Shown: positions 27,330 to 37,551 of the stretch, in pieces
Numbering within the stretch: position 1 is the stretch's first letter
How the letters are laid out: the number at the start of each line of letters is the position of its first letter
Assembly (NCBI GenBank): GCA_037443035.1
Contig: JBBIPC010000011.1
Span: forward strand, 23,367 to 87,366
Reading direction: 5' to 3'
Length of the DNA stretch: 64,000 bases
From: Chthonomonadales bacterium
Lineage (GTDB): Bacteria; Armatimonadota; Chthonomonadetes; Chthonomonadales; CAJBBX01
Program-made: the position numbers and the translations under genes
The notes under the pieces: model-generated
The model's input: the letters and a program-made list of their open reading frames with translations, nothing else
Told to the model about the DNA's origin: nothing
The model's database searches: none

Positions 27330-30300
27330 TCAGGGCACGCCCATGCCACTTCTGTCCGGATACGGCGGGACCTTCACTGGCTCGTAGGGCTTGTCTTTGA
27401 TAGCGTCCATCATGAGCTTGATGGCCGCGTCGAGTTGCGGATCCGCCCCGTCCTGCATGAGAGCAGGATCATCCACCACCTCGATATCCGGGTCCACTCC
27501 GTGACCTTCGATACCCCACTTCCGGTTGCTCTCGAAGAACGCGACGTTAGGGGTAGTCACCGCGGCACCGTCCATGAGGCGTGGGTAACCGCCGATACCC
27601 ACAACACCACCCCAGGTTCGTGTGCCAATGAGCTTGCCCACCTTGGCGGCACGGAAGTACCACGGGAATAGGTCGCCACCGGAACCAGCCAGACCGTTGA
27701 TGAGCATGCACTTGGGCCCACGGTGGGCGTCCGGCGGCCATGCGGTCGCCTGGCCATAACGCCCGACCCAGTAGTTCAGCAGCGGACGGTCAAGAAGCTC
27801 GACGAAACGATGCGGCACCTGGCCTCCACCATTCCAGCGCTCGTCAATGATGAGCGCATCCTTGCCTCGCTGGCCGACAAGCTGGCGCATCAGCTCGTTC
27901 TGACCGTCTACGCCTGTATTGGGCACATAGATATAGCCGACTCGGCCGCCTGTCTGCTTCTCGACGTACTCGCGATTGTGTTCGACCCATGCGCGGTACC
28001 GTAGATCGGCCTCTGACGACGCTAGCTGGACGACAACGTCCCTTGCGGATGCGTCCCTCGTGGGCTTATCGCTGACCGTCAGCGTGACGGCCTTGTCGCC
28101 CAGTCCGATGAAGGCCGCCCACGGATCCACGGAGGTGTCGACAGGGATACCGTTCACAGCGAGGAGGAAGTCGCCCTCTTTGATCTTGATGCCGGGCTGT
28201 CCTAGCGGTCCTCTGGCGTCGGCATCCCACGGAGCCCCACGATAGATACGCGCGATGCGATAGGCACCGTCCTGCAACTCGAAATCGGCTCCCAGCATGC
28301 CGACGGAGACCGACGGCTGTTGGGCGATGTCGCCACCGAAGTAATAGGCGTGGCCTACGTTCAGCTCGCCGATCAGCTCACCGATAATGTAGCTGAGGTC
28401 CTCGCGGCTGGAACAGTCGTCGAGCATGGCAGCGTAGTGTTCGCGCATCTTGTTCCAGTCCACCCCATGCATGTTGGGGGCGTAGAAGAACTGCCGCATC
28501 GTCCGCCACGCCTCGTTGTAGATCTGCTTCCATTCCACTCGTGGGTCTATGCGCGTGGTCATGCCAGACGTGACGACCGTCTCGCCGGATGCACCAGCGG
28601 ATGCGTCCTGAATCGTGGCCGAGTTGCCTCGGACGACCAGGAGCTTCTTCCCGTCGGCGGAGATATCGAAACTACCGGCCGCCGTAGCAACCGTCTTCTC
28701 TTCCTTCTTCTCGTCCTTGATGTCGAAGAGCTTGATGGCTGGCGGGTCGCCTGATCGCCTGGCCGAACGTCGCACGAAGATGAGTTGGTTCCGATCGTTG
28801 ACTGCCAATCCGCCGAACGCCCCTGGCTTGAGAGGCAGTTGTATTGCCCGTGCTTCGAATCCCTCGAAGTCAATGGTGACCTTCACGCTCTCTTTCGCGG
28901 GGCTCTGAGACGGCTTCGCTGAGTCCTTGGCAGGCTCGGCGGCTTGGCCACCTTGGGGCGTGGGGCGAGTAGGCGCTTCTCGCTTCATGCGGATCTGAAG
29001 GGTCTGGCCCTGAACAGTCGCCGTCCCCGTGGCTGTATCCCCGACCACTTTCAACACCACCGTCACATCCATACCCATGGGGAGTACGGCCGTCAGCCGG
29101 AGTTCCGACGACACAGGGTCCCACGTGCCGTTGACACCGGCTCCTCCCAACGGTGTTTCCATGGTTCCCGTCACCACGTTGTTCGGACCGAGCTTGAGGT
29201 CCGCCGTGAAGGCCATGCTGCCGCCGGAGATGGCATCGCCGGACACGGTGCCGCTCCACCGACCGGAGATTGGATCATCTGCTACGGAGGAAACCGTCGT
29301 CTCCTGCTGAGTGGCGAGGCTCTTGCCCTCTGGTTTGGCTTCGTCCGCCTTCTTCTGATCCGAGAAGACTTCCTCATCCACTTTGGGCAGGTACGGTGAA
29401 GGAGTATCGGCCTTGAGAGGACAGGCCATGAGTACCTCGCTGTCCGTGTAGACCCATGTAGTGCCAAAGTCCTCGTAGGTGGGGGCGAAGTTGCGGCGGC
29501 TGACCCAGTACAGGAACTCACCTTTGCGGTCGAAGACAGGTCGGCTATCAGCGAACATGCCGGACGTCAGCCTGTGCTTCTCTCCTGTCTGCATGTCGTA
29601 TACCCAGAGCGCAGACTGGCTAGGGCGGTCGTCCTGCTTCGCGTAGACGAGAAAGCGACTGTCCGGCGACCATGAACCGTCTGGTGTGTCCGCCCATGGG
29701 TCGGCGTCCACGACCTTCGTCTGGCCGGTCTCGACGGTATGGACGAGCAACTGGCCGCTCTGATCGGTGAAGGAGATGTGCTTGGAGTCCGGCGACCACT
29801 GGGGTCGGTAACGGAACAGCTTGCCGTCTTTCGTGAGCTGCCGCGCCTCGCCGCGTCCGTCGGACTGGACAATGTACAGCTCGTACTCGCCGGTGGCATC
29901 GGAGAAATAGGCGATCCACTTTCCGTCTGGGCTCCAAGCCGGATCCCGCTCGTTGGAGCCATTGCTGCGCGTGAGATTGCGCGGCACTCCGTTCTTCGTG
30001 GGCGATGTCCAGATATCGCCGCGCGCCTCGATAACCGCACGCTTGCCGGTGGAGGAAATGCCCCAGGAGTAGATGAACTTCGAAACGTCCACGTCCCTCG
30101 GACTGAGATTCGGGCGCTCTCCCGGTATCCGAACGTCTACCGTTCGCACCCTGCCGGATGGAATGTCCAGCAGGCATAACTCGGCGCCATGCTGGAAGAC
30201 GATCTCGCCTTCGCCTTTGGGGCCGGGACCATTGGACGGCCACTTCACATCGAAGTCAGCGTAGCGGGTGATCTGCTGCTTCCTGCCGGAAGTGGTGTCG

Positions 30301-31031
30301 TAGACCCAGATGTTGGCCCGGTGCTCGGGACCAGCGTCGGACACGTAGTAGACCTTGTTTCCTTGCCACATGGGGGCAGTGTCGACGCCCTCCCAATCGG
30401 TCATGCGTCTGGACTTCCGCGTCTGGAGATCGAACAACCATATGTCCGTCTGCATACCTCCGCGGTACCGTTTCCAGGTGGCGAAATCCACCGTATGAGG
30501 CGTGTAGGCTAGCCAGCGGCCGTCGGCACTGATGGAGGCAAGTGCACCGTAGGGCACAGGTAGCTTCGAGGGCAAGCCTCCCTTGGCAGGAACGGTGTAG
30601 AGCTGCGACTGCCTCGATAGACCGGTGATATTCGCTGCGAAAAGAAGCCGTCCATCGGGCAGCCAGGCACTCAGAAGCTCGCCGGAGGGATGATGGGTAA
30701 CGCGGTAGGGAATGCCGCCCTCCACAGGCAATGTGTAGATGTCCCGACCACCTTCGTAGTTAGCCGTGAAGGCGATAGACTTGCCATCGGGACTGAACCG
30801 AGGGAACATGGGGGCGCCCGGTGGGGCTGCGAGAGGCGATGCCAAACCGCCTTCGCGCGGCACAAGCCAGAGACGGTTGGAGTAGCAGAAGGCGATATGG
30901 GTGGCGGAGACGGCTGGGTACCGAAGCATCCCGCCGTGGGGTTTGATCTCCTGGGCTGCCATACGCACACCCAGTAGACCGAGAGTGGCGAGAGTCAGAT
31001 AGGCGCGGAGGAGAAGGGAGCTGCTAACCAT
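27330..31031 (-). CDS. Tricorn protease homolog (S41 peptidase; beta-propellers, PDZ and catalytic domain)
   Basis: MLRYPAVS, PD40-type repeats (PRFSPDGK, PAWSPDGK), TWKRYRGG, IGELNVGHAY, LIIDERWNGGG, catalytic GSGGD, LIGTRTWGG, IEGHGVDPDIEV. Start at ATG 31031 after GAGAAAGGTG. Confidence 0.93.
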   Translation of the reverse strand: MVSSSLLLRAYLTLATLGLLGVRMAAQEIKPHGGMLRYPAVSATHIAFCYSNRLWLVPREGGLASPLAAPPGAPMFPRFSPDGKSIAFTANYEGGRDIYTLPVEGGIPYRVTHHPSGELLSAWLPDGRLLFAANITGLSRQSQLYTVPAKGGLPSKLPVPYGALASISADGRWLAYTPHTVDFATWKRYRGGMQTDIWLFDLQTRKSRRMTDWEGVDTAPMWQGNKVYYVSDAGPEHRANIWVYDTTSGRKQQITRYADFDVKWPSNGPGPKGEGEIVFQHGAELCLLDIPSGRVRTVDVRIPGERPNLSPRDVDVSKFIYSWGISSTGKRAVIEARGDIWTSPTKNGVPRNLTRSNGSNERDPAWSPDGKWIAYFSDATGEYELYIVQSDGRGEARQLTKDGKLFRYRPQWSPDSKHISFTDQSGQLLVHTVETGQTKVVDADPWADTPDGSWSPDSRFLVYAKQDDRPSQSALWVYDMQTGEKHRLTSGMFADSRPVFDRKGEFLYWVSRRNFAPTYEDFGTTWVYTDSEVLMACPLKADTPSPYLPKVDEEVFSDQKKADEAKPEGKSLATQQETTVSSVADDPISGRWSGTVSGDAISGGSMAFTADLKLGPNNVVTGTMETPLGGAGVNGTWDPVSSELRLTAVLPMGMDVTVVLKVVGDTATGTATVQGQTLQIRMKREAPTRPTPQGGQAAEPAKDSAKPSQSPAKESVKVTIDFEGFEARAIQLPLKPGAFGGLAVNDRNQLIFVRRSARRSGDPPAIKLFDIKDEKKEEKTVATAAGSFDISADGKKLLVVRGNSATIQDASAGASGETVVTSGMTTRIDPRVEWKQIYNEAWRTMRQFFYAPNMHGVDWNKMREHYAAMLDDCSSREDLSYIIGELIGELNVGHAYYFGGDIAQQPSVSVGMLGADFELQDGAYRIARIYRGAPWDADARGPLGQPGIKIKEGDFLLAVNGIPVDTSVDPWAAFIGLGDKAVTLTVSDKPTRDASARDVVVQLASSEADLRYRAWVEHNREYVEKQTGGRVGYIYVPNTGVDGQNELMRQLVGQRGKDALIIDERWNGGGQVPHRFVELLDRPLLNYWVGRYGQATAWPPDAHRGPKCMLINGLAGSGGDLFPWYFRAAKVGKLIGTRTWGGVVGIGGYPRLMDGAAVTTPNVAFFESNRKWGIEGHGVDPDIEVVDDPALMQDGADPQLDAAIKLMMDAIKDKPYEPVKVPPYPDRSGMGVP

Positions 31032-31160
31032 GGCCAAGACACCTTTCTCAGGATCGCATGGAATAGAGGAATCGAAGCAAGGAGACGTAGCGAACGAGCG
31101 GGCGGTTTCATTGGGTTCTGCGGCAAGGGGCAAAGGCGAGATGCCGAGCGGCACCTGCCG

Positions 31161-31865
31161 TCATGGCTTCCCACCGAGCGCCCGGACGAGCTTCTCGGCG
31201 TCTTCCTCGATCCAGATCGGCTCGATCGTGAGGGTCGCGGTGTCCATGTGGCTCATCTTGGGGCAGGTCAGAATCTCGCCGTTAATGACAAAGACCAAGC
31301 GCTCGTCATCATGGTCACGCGAGTATTGCCAGTACCGAGAGCGGCCTTCATCGGTCAAGGTGACATGCACGCGATAGTAGCGCTTGTCGCGGAACGGCTC
31401 GTAGTCCTCGCTCATCGTGGCTCCCCGGAAGTGAGCGCCCGTCAGGACAACCGGACAGGTCTTCATGATCTCCTCGAGCGGCACGATCTGCCCTGCGGCA
31501 GCGCGGGACGCGACAGCCGCGGTGGGCTGGTAACTCGATCGTTCCTCTGCATCTTCCGTGTCTGTCTCGTCGTCGCCGGCGTCATCGGGCCGGCGGATCT
31601 GCCATGCGTGATTCGATTCGATGGCGACGTACTTCCGTGGGCGGCCAGGTCGGTCCTTATCCTGGAGGCCCAATACTGTGACGCCGTTGGGCACTGGCTT
31701 TAGCGAGGGCCATTTCACTTGCTGCATTCTGTAGACCTTGATGGCGCTGTACAGGTACCACGCACCGAACAGGACCAGAGCAGCGACGACGAGCCTTGCC
31801 GTGCCGCGCTCACGCAAGAGGCGAAATGGCACGCGGGTTGGGGTGGAAGCTTCGTCTGTCATCAT
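31161..31865 (-). CDS. Membrane-anchored protein with a SecDF P1-head-like domain
   Basis: One N-terminal TM (LVVAALVLFGAWYLY); C-terminal VVLTGAHF...VHVTLTDEG...LVFVINGEILTCP...EEDAEKLVRAL follows the SecD P1 head pattern. Confidence 0.6.
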   Translation of the reverse strand: MMTDEASTPTRVPFRLLRERGTARLVVAALVLFGAWYLYSAIKVYRMQQVKWPSLKPVPNGVTVLGLQDKDRPGRPRKYVAIESNHAWQIRRPDDAGDDETDTEDAEERSSYQPTAAVASRAAAGQIVPLEEIMKTCPVVLTGAHFRGATMSEDYEPFRDKRYYRVHVTLTDEGRSRYWQYSRDHDDERLVFVINGEILTCPKMSHMDTATLTIEPIWIEEDAEKLVRALGGKP

Positions 31866-32038
31866 GTCGTCCTGCCTTCCTGTGGGTATGGCGCTAGTCG
31901 GTACCTGGTGCAGTTACGAGTATACCGGTGTAACCCGTGCCCGGCATATAAGTATCTAATGAAGTGGACGGACTGGGTATACTGCGCGTCGAGACGTCCT
32001 GCAAGGATAATACGCTCTGAAACGGGGTGATAGCGAGC

Positions 32039-32248
32039 TTGGTGCAGATTGTCATTAAGCCGGGGGAGGGCATCGATGCCGCCCTGAAGCGGTTCAAGAA
32101 GGCTGTGATGAACAGCGGCATCACGAAGGAAGCGCGCATGCATGAGCGCTATGAGAAGCCCAGCGACCGACGCCGGCGCGAGCTGAAGGCGAGCATCCGG
32201 AAAATTCAGCGGGCTCGAGCCAAGGCTGCAGCGCGCGATCGCGGCTGA
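32039..32248 (+). CDS. rpsU: 30S ribosomal protein S21
   Basis: GEGIDAALKRFKK...EARMHERYEKPSDRRRR; probable TTG start after GGGGTGA (ORF-track start 32027). Confidence 0.9.
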   Translation: MVQIVIKPGEGIDAALKRFKKAVMNSGITKEARMHERYEKPSDRRRRELKASIRKIQRARAKAAARDRG

Positions 32249-32269
32249 GGCAACACGGCAGGAAACGAA

Positions 32270-32297
32270 CGAGGGGCGGTCCTACGACTGCCCCTCG
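32270..32297. terminator. Hairpin between convergent rpsU and tRNA-Leu
   Basis: cgaggggcggtc-ctac-gactgcccctcg, 12-bp stem with one G:U pair. Confidence 0.55.
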
Positions 32298-32310
32298 AGC
32301 CTTTGTCATG

Positions 32311-32393
32311 TGCCGGAGAAGGGATTCGAACCCCCACGCGGTTGCCCGCAAGTGATTTTGAGTCACCCGTGTCTGCCATTCCACCACTCCGGC
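32311..32393 (-). tRNA. tRNA-Leu (anticodon CAA), CCA not encoded
   Basis: Reverse complement GCCGGAGTGGTGGAATGGCAGACACGGGTGACTCAAAATCACTTGCGGGCAACCGCGTGGGGGTTCGAATCCCTTCTCCGGCA; long variable arm; anticodon loop CTCAAAA. Confidence 0.95.
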
Positions 32394-32406
32394 AGCTACA
32401 TCATTA

Positions 32407-32435
32407 AGTATACGGGCAGGCCCCACCCCTGTCAA
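32407..32435 (-). promoter_or_regulatory. Sigma70-type promoter for tRNA-Leu
   Basis: Minus strand TTGACA (32435-32430), 17-bp spacer, TATACT (32412-32407), 13 bp upstream of the tRNA. Confidence 0.75.
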
Positions 32436-32515
32436 CAGTGGGGCGGACATCGCCGAGAGGAAGAGCGCAGGAATCCCGGAAGGAGTTCCCGAAACTCCAA
32501 AGAAGGACCAGTATC

Positions 32516-35236
32516 ATGGCCAGGGAGCAACCGACACTCATTGTCATTGACGGCTACAGCCTTCTCTTCCGGGCGCACCTGGCCTACGGATCGGCAGAAA
32601 CGCTCCGGACACGGGACGGCAGACCTACCGGAGCCATCCACGGCTTCACCAGCATGCTCCTCTCTATCCTTCGCGAACAACCGGACGCCATATACGTCGC
32701 GTGGGATGCTCCGGGCCCTACGTTCCGCGACGGCCTGTTCGAGGAGTACAAAGCACACCGACCAGAGGCGGATCCTGACCTCAAGGCGCAGTTCGGGCCC
32801 GCTAGGACGATGGTGGAAGCATTCGGTATCCCTTCGGCCGAGGTGGAAGGGTTCGAAGCTGATGATCTGGTGGGTGCACTGGCCGACGAAGGCGTGCGGA
32901 ACGGTTACCGCGTTATCATCTATACGGGCGATTCGGACCAGCTTCAGCTCGTGCGTGACGGCGTGATCGTCCGCATGACGGGTCGGGGCGTGAGCGAGAC
33001 GACGGACTACAACGCGGAGAGGGTGGTCGAGAAGTACGGCGTGCGGCCCGAGCAGTTCGCCGATTTCAAAGCGCTGGTCGGCGATCCTTCCGACAACATT
33101 CCGGGCGTGCCCAACATAGGCAAGGTGACCGCAGCCAGGCTCCTGCAGCAGTGGGGTTCAGTGGAGAACCTGCTGGCACATGTCGAGGAGCTTCCGGAGA
33201 AGTCGGTGACGGAACAGAAGGTGAAGGCGGCCCTTCGCGAGTACGGCGATAGAGCCAGATTGGCACGCAGCCTCACACAGATACGGTGCGATGCGCCCCT
33301 GGAGCGGCCATTACGACGCTATGTCCCGACTCCGGAGACCTGGGAGAATGTCCGTCGGCAGTTTGCGGACCTGGAGTTCCGTGCGCTGGCGCAACGGCTC
33401 CCTAGCACGCAGCCCTCCGAACTTCCTCTGACGCCGCCGGAGACCGTTCCTGAGTTGACATGGGAGATCATCACCAGCGCGGAAACACTGGAGGCCGCCA
33501 TCGCCGAGGTGCGTAGGAAGGGCACTGTGGCGATTGTCCTCGATACCGACGGCAACGGTGCCCTGGACGCACGATGGAGGGGTCTGGCATTCGCGGCAGA
33601 CCCAGAGCGTGCATGGTACGTCCCGGTTCGGACAGCCTCCCCCGATGGTGGGGGGCTTCTCCTTAGCGACGACAGCGACGCCGCTTACGCCGCGGGTCCT
33701 TCCGACCTCGCGCCGCTCCTTTGCGACGCAGGTATCCATCGCCTTGCCCATGACGCGAAGTCCGCGCTGATCACTCTCGCCCGGCATGGCGTCGAACCCG
33801 GAGACTACGTTTTCGATACCGCGCTTGCTGCCTATCTCCTCAACCCGGGCAGTGGAAGGCTCGCCCTGGCCAAGGTCGCCGAAAGGTTCCTGCGTGTCGA
33901 GGAACGAACGGCCGCCAGCCGAGAGGAGGGGGCATGCCGCTCCGCTGCCTCCATCGCTGCATTGGAGCCCGTGCTGGCCGCGAAGCTCCGCGACGACAAC
34001 TTGGAGGAAGTGTACCGGCTGCTAGATCTGCCACTCGTGCCAGTACTGGCCGGCATGGAGTTGAAAGGCATTCAGGTTGATCAGGGATGGCTCCAGACCC
34101 TGTCCGAGGATCTCGGACGACGCATTGCCGAGACGGCGGAAGCCATCTACGACATGGCGGGTGAGCGGTTTCTGATCAGTTCCACGCAGCAGCTTCAGCA
34201 CGTGCTTTTCGACAAGCTGGGTCTACCGGCGGGCAGGCGCACAAAGACCGGACGTACTACGTCTGCGGACCACCTGGAATCTCTGGCAGGCGAGTATCCC
34301 ATCGTCTCGCTCATCCTGCGCTACCGGGAACTGACGAAACTGAAGAGCACTTACGCGGATACGCTGCCGCGTCTCGTTCGACCCGCCTCCGGTCGCTTGC
34401 ATACGAGCCTGAACCAGATGGTCACCTCCACCGGACGCCTGTCATCCAGCGACCCCAACCTGCAGAACATCCCTGTCCGATCGGAAGAAGGGCGTCAGAT
34501 ACGCCGGGCGTTCGTGGCGCCTCCTGGCAGGGTGCTCCTCTCCTGCGACTACTCCCAGATCGAGCTGCGCGTTTTCGCCCACGTCACCGAGGACCCGGAG
34601 ATGCTCAGGGCCTTTGCAGCCGACGAGGACATTCACACAGCGACCGCTACGAGAGTGTTCGGTGTGCCTGCCTCGGAAGTCACGCCAGAGATGCGCCGGC
34701 GGGCCAAGACCGTGAACTTTGCTGTCATCTACGGTCAGAGCCCATTCGGACTGGCGCAGAACCTGGGCATACCGGTGGAGGAAGCTCGGAGCTTCATAGC
34801 CAGTTACTTCCACCAGTTTCCAGGTGTCCAGGCGTGGACAAGACAGGTCCTGGAAGAGGCGCGGTCCCGCGGCTATGTCGAGACGTTGCTCGGGCGCCGA
34901 CGGTACCTCCCCGATCTGCGCTCCAACAACCGCAATGTGAGGGAAGCGGCCGAACGGGCAGCGGTGAACATGCCCATACAAGGGACCGCAGCGGACATCA
35001 TGAAGCTGGCCATGCTGGCGGTGTGGCATGATCAGCAGAGGAACTCCCGCCCCTGGGATCTCGTCCTGCAAGTGCACGATGAACTGCTTCTCGAAGTGGA
35101 CACCGACCGACTCGGCGAGGCAGCTTCGGTCATCACCGAGCTCATGGAAAATGCGTTTGCGTTGCGTGTGCGACTAAAGGTGGACGCCAAAGCAGGAACG
35201 AACTGGGCAGACATGGAAGCAGTGCAATGTCGGTGA
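32516..35236 (+). CDS. polA: DNA polymerase I
   Basis: 5'-3' exonuclease (IDGYSLLFRA, FEADD, LVGDPSDNIPGV); polymerase motifs TGRLSSSDPNLQNIP, DYSQIELR, AKTVNFAVIYG, QVHDEL. Confidence 0.97.
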   Translation: MAREQPTLIVIDGYSLLFRAHLAYGSAETLRTRDGRPTGAIHGFTSMLLSILREQPDAIYVAWDAPGPTFRDGLFEEYKAHRPEADPDLKAQFGPARTMVEAFGIPSAEVEGFEADDLVGALADEGVRNGYRVIIYTGDSDQLQLVRDGVIVRMTGRGVSETTDYNAERVVEKYGVRPEQFADFKALVGDPSDNIPGVPNIGKVTAARLLQQWGSVENLLAHVEELPEKSVTEQKVKAALREYGDRARLARSLTQIRCDAPLERPLRRYVPTPETWENVRRQFADLEFRALAQRLPSTQPSELPLTPPETVPELTWEIITSAETLEAAIAEVRRKGTVAIVLDTDGNGALDARWRGLAFAADPERAWYVPVRTASPDGGGLLLSDDSDAAYAAGPSDLAPLLCDAGIHRLAHDAKSALITLARHGVEPGDYVFDTALAAYLLNPGSGRLALAKVAERFLRVEERTAASREEGACRSAASIAALEPVLAAKLRDDNLEEVYRLLDLPLVPVLAGMELKGIQVDQGWLQTLSEDLGRRIAETAEAIYDMAGERFLISSTQQLQHVLFDKLGLPAGRRTKTGRTTSADHLESLAGEYPIVSLILRYRELTKLKSTYADTLPRLVRPASGRLHTSLNQMVTSTGRLSSSDPNLQNIPVRSEEGRQIRRAFVAPPGRVLLSCDYSQIELRVFAHVTEDPEMLRAFAADEDIHTATATRVFGVPASEVTPEMRRRAKTVNFAVIYGQSPFGLAQNLGIPVEEARSFIASYFHQFPGVQAWTRQVLEEARSRGYVETLLGRRRYLPDLRSNNRNVREAAERAAVNMPIQGTAADIMKLAMLAVWHDQQRNSRPWDLVLQVHDELLLEVDTDRLGEAASVITELMENAFALRVRLKVDAKAGTNWADMEAVQCR

Positions 35237-35402
35237 AAAAGGAAGGAATCCGTTGCGGCATTGTCTAAACTATGGAATCAGAATGCCGCAACCCTGACGT
35301 GAACACTGCGGTGCCGACTCGAGACGCTGCAGCGAGTCGCGTCGTGACTGACTACGGGCGTGCGGGACGAACACAGCACGCTGCATGAGGAGAGTGGTTG
35401 GT

Positions 35403-36863
35403 ATGTCTGAGGAGAATGTGAACCCGACGGGCGAGGAACGGAACGAACTGACAGGAGAGACGCCGGTATCCGAAGAGGTCCAGGAAGCTCCAGCGGCGGA
35501 ACATGCGCCTGGTGATCCAGTGGAGCGTCCCGAACCTGCGTCCGTCCCCGATATCGAGGCTGTCGAGGAGCAAGAGCTGTCCGTGGCGGACCAACTGTCG
35601 GAGCCGCTCGCTAGTTCGGCTGATGCTGCCGCGGAAGAAGGGCCTCAACCTACCGATGTCTCCGAGGCGGCTGAATCCGCCACGCCCAATGAAGCTCCTC
35701 AGACTGGCGAGGATTACGAACGCAGCTTTCCGCAGCTCGAAAAGGGAGAAGTCATCAAAGGCACGGTGGTTCACATAGACCGCGAAGGCGTGCTGGTGGA
35801 TGTGGGTGCGAAGTCCGAGGGCATCATCAAGCCAGGTGAACTGTCCAAGGATGCGAGCGCGCAGGCCGAGGATGTGGTCAGTGTTGGCCAGGAGATTGAC
35901 GTCCTCGTTCTCGAGGCCGAAAGCGCTGACGGGAGTCTTCTCCTTAGCAAGAAGCGCGCCGACTTCGAGAAAGCGTGGGACCGGGTTATCGAAGCTAAGG
36001 AAACTGGCAAGATCCTCCAGGCCATGGTGACGGATCGCGTGAGGGGCGGCCTTGTGGTGGATCTTGGTATCCGGGGTTTCGTCCCAGCGTCCCATGTCGG
36101 CACTGGTTCTCTCAAGACGAACCTCGACAGATACGTCGGCCAGTCCATTCCCCTCAAAGTCATCGAAGTAGACAAGGACCGGCGCAAGGTGGTTCTCTCG
36201 CACCGACTGGCGGTAGAGGAGGAGAAAGTAACTAGGAAGCATGAGACGGCGGCGAGTCTCAAAGTTGGCCAGATCAAGCATGGTGTAGTCCGGCGGCTCA
36301 CCGACTATGGGGCGTTCGTGGACCTTGGCGGCATCGACGGCCTGCTCCACATCTCCGAGATGGCGTGGACGCGCGTCAATCACCCGTCGGAGGTGCTCAA
36401 GGAAGGGCAGGAGATAGACGTCATGATTCTCAAGCTCGACCTGGAGAGGGAGCGGGTGAGCCTGGGTCTGCGCCAGATCTTGCCCGACCCCTGGACCGAC
36501 ATCGAGAAGACCTACAGGGTAGGGGACATCATCCAGGGCACGGTGGCTCGCATCGTACCTTTCGGTGTGTTCGTCCAGGTGAAGGGCGGTGTAGAGGGCA
36601 TCATACCGAACGTCGAGCTGAGTTACCGCCGCGGAGTGAAGGCCAGCGACCTCGTCCACCCGGGCGAGGCTGTGGATGTCAAGGTTATTGAACTCCGCCC
36701 CGATGAGCGGCGGCTCACACTGTCGCTGCGGCAGGCGCGTCAGGAAGAAGAGACGCGGCGCGAGAAGAAGGCCGTCGAGGAATACCATGCGCGCTCGGAA
36801 CGAGAAGCACCGCGGTACACCATCGGGGATCACCTGAAGTCCAAGGAGGAAAACGGCTCCTGA
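35403..36863 (+). CDS. rpsA: 30S ribosomal protein S1 (four S1 domains) with a long acidic N-terminal extension
   Basis: Four S1 repeats (VDVGAKSEG, LGIRGFVPASHV, YGAFVDLGGIDGLLHISEM, PFGVFVQV); C-terminal YTIGD. Confidence 0.92.
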   Translation: MSEENVNPTGEERNELTGETPVSEEVQEAPAAEHAPGDPVERPEPASVPDIEAVEEQELSVADQLSEPLASSADAAAEEGPQPTDVSEAAESATPNEAPQTGEDYERSFPQLEKGEVIKGTVVHIDREGVLVDVGAKSEGIIKPGELSKDASAQAEDVVSVGQEIDVLVLEAESADGSLLLSKKRADFEKAWDRVIEAKETGKILQAMVTDRVRGGLVVDLGIRGFVPASHVGTGSLKTNLDRYVGQSIPLKVIEVDKDRRKVVLSHRLAVEEEKVTRKHETAASLKVGQIKHGVVRRLTDYGAFVDLGGIDGLLHISEMAWTRVNHPSEVLKEGQEIDVMILKLDLERERVSLGLRQILPDPWTDIEKTYRVGDIIQGTVARIVPFGVFVQVKGGVEGIIPNVELSYRRGVKASDLVHPGEAVDVKVIELRPDERRLTLSLRQARQEEETRREKKAVEEYHARSEREAPRYTIGDHLKSKEENGS

Positions 36864-36885
36864 GCGTGCGGCTGGAGACAGTCCC

Positions 36886-37515
36886 TTGAAGGTCCTAGGA
36901 CTGACGGGCGGCGTGGCCAGCGGCAAGACACTCGTGGCAGCCGCGTTCCGAAGAGCGGGAGCTGCTACCCTCAGCGCCGATGATATTGCGCACGAAGTCA
37001 CGGCGCCTGGCACTGAGGCGGTGGAGCGGATCGCCGCCGAGTTTGGCCCGGGCTACGTGCGCGACGATGGTTCATTGGACCGAGGCGCCATGGCAGACCT
37101 TGTCTTCCAGGACCCCAGCGCCCGCAAGCGGCTGGAAGCCATTGTGCATCCGATCATTCTGGAACGCATCAGGGCGGAGATCGACCGATTGCGCAACCTT
37201 CCAGAACCACCTGAGGTTCTGGTAGTAGAGGTGCCGTTGCTCTACGAAGTGGGAATCGCCGAATGGTTCGACAAGGTCATCGTGGTTGTCTGCAGCCCGA
37301 CGCAGCAGGTGAGGAGGTTGCGTCATCGTGATGGGCTGAGTCACGAAGCGGCCATGCGCAGGGTCCAGGCGCAGATGCCCCTTTCGGAGAAGGCCGAACG
37401 GGCCGACTATGTGATCGAAAACGAAGACTGCAGTGACGCCTATGTCACACAAGTCGAAGAGATCATGGCTCGGGTGCGCACGGATTGCCGCGAGAACGTG
37501 GGAGCCGTGACGTGA
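36886..37515 (+). CDS. coaE: Dephospho-CoA kinase
   Basis: GLTGGVASGKT, SADDIAH, LDRGAMADLVF, LEAIVHP, EVPLLYE, QMPLSEK...ADYVIEN. Confidence 0.95.
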   Translation: MKVLGLTGGVASGKTLVAAAFRRAGAATLSADDIAHEVTAPGTEAVERIAAEFGPGYVRDDGSLDRGAMADLVFQDPSARKRLEAIVHPIILERIRAEIDRLRNLPEPPEVLVVEVPLLYEVGIAEWFDKVIVVVCSPTQQVRRLRHRDGLSHEAAMRRVQAQMPLSEKAERADYVIENEDCSDAYVTQVEEIMARVRTDCRENVGAVT

Positions 37516-37551
37516 TCCGATGGATACCACATCACCAGATACAGGGGATGC

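Noticed and set aside
35352..37013. 553-aa antisense ORF over rpsA
   Set aside because: Shadow ORF caused by GC-rich codon bias on the coding strand; no recognisable motifs.
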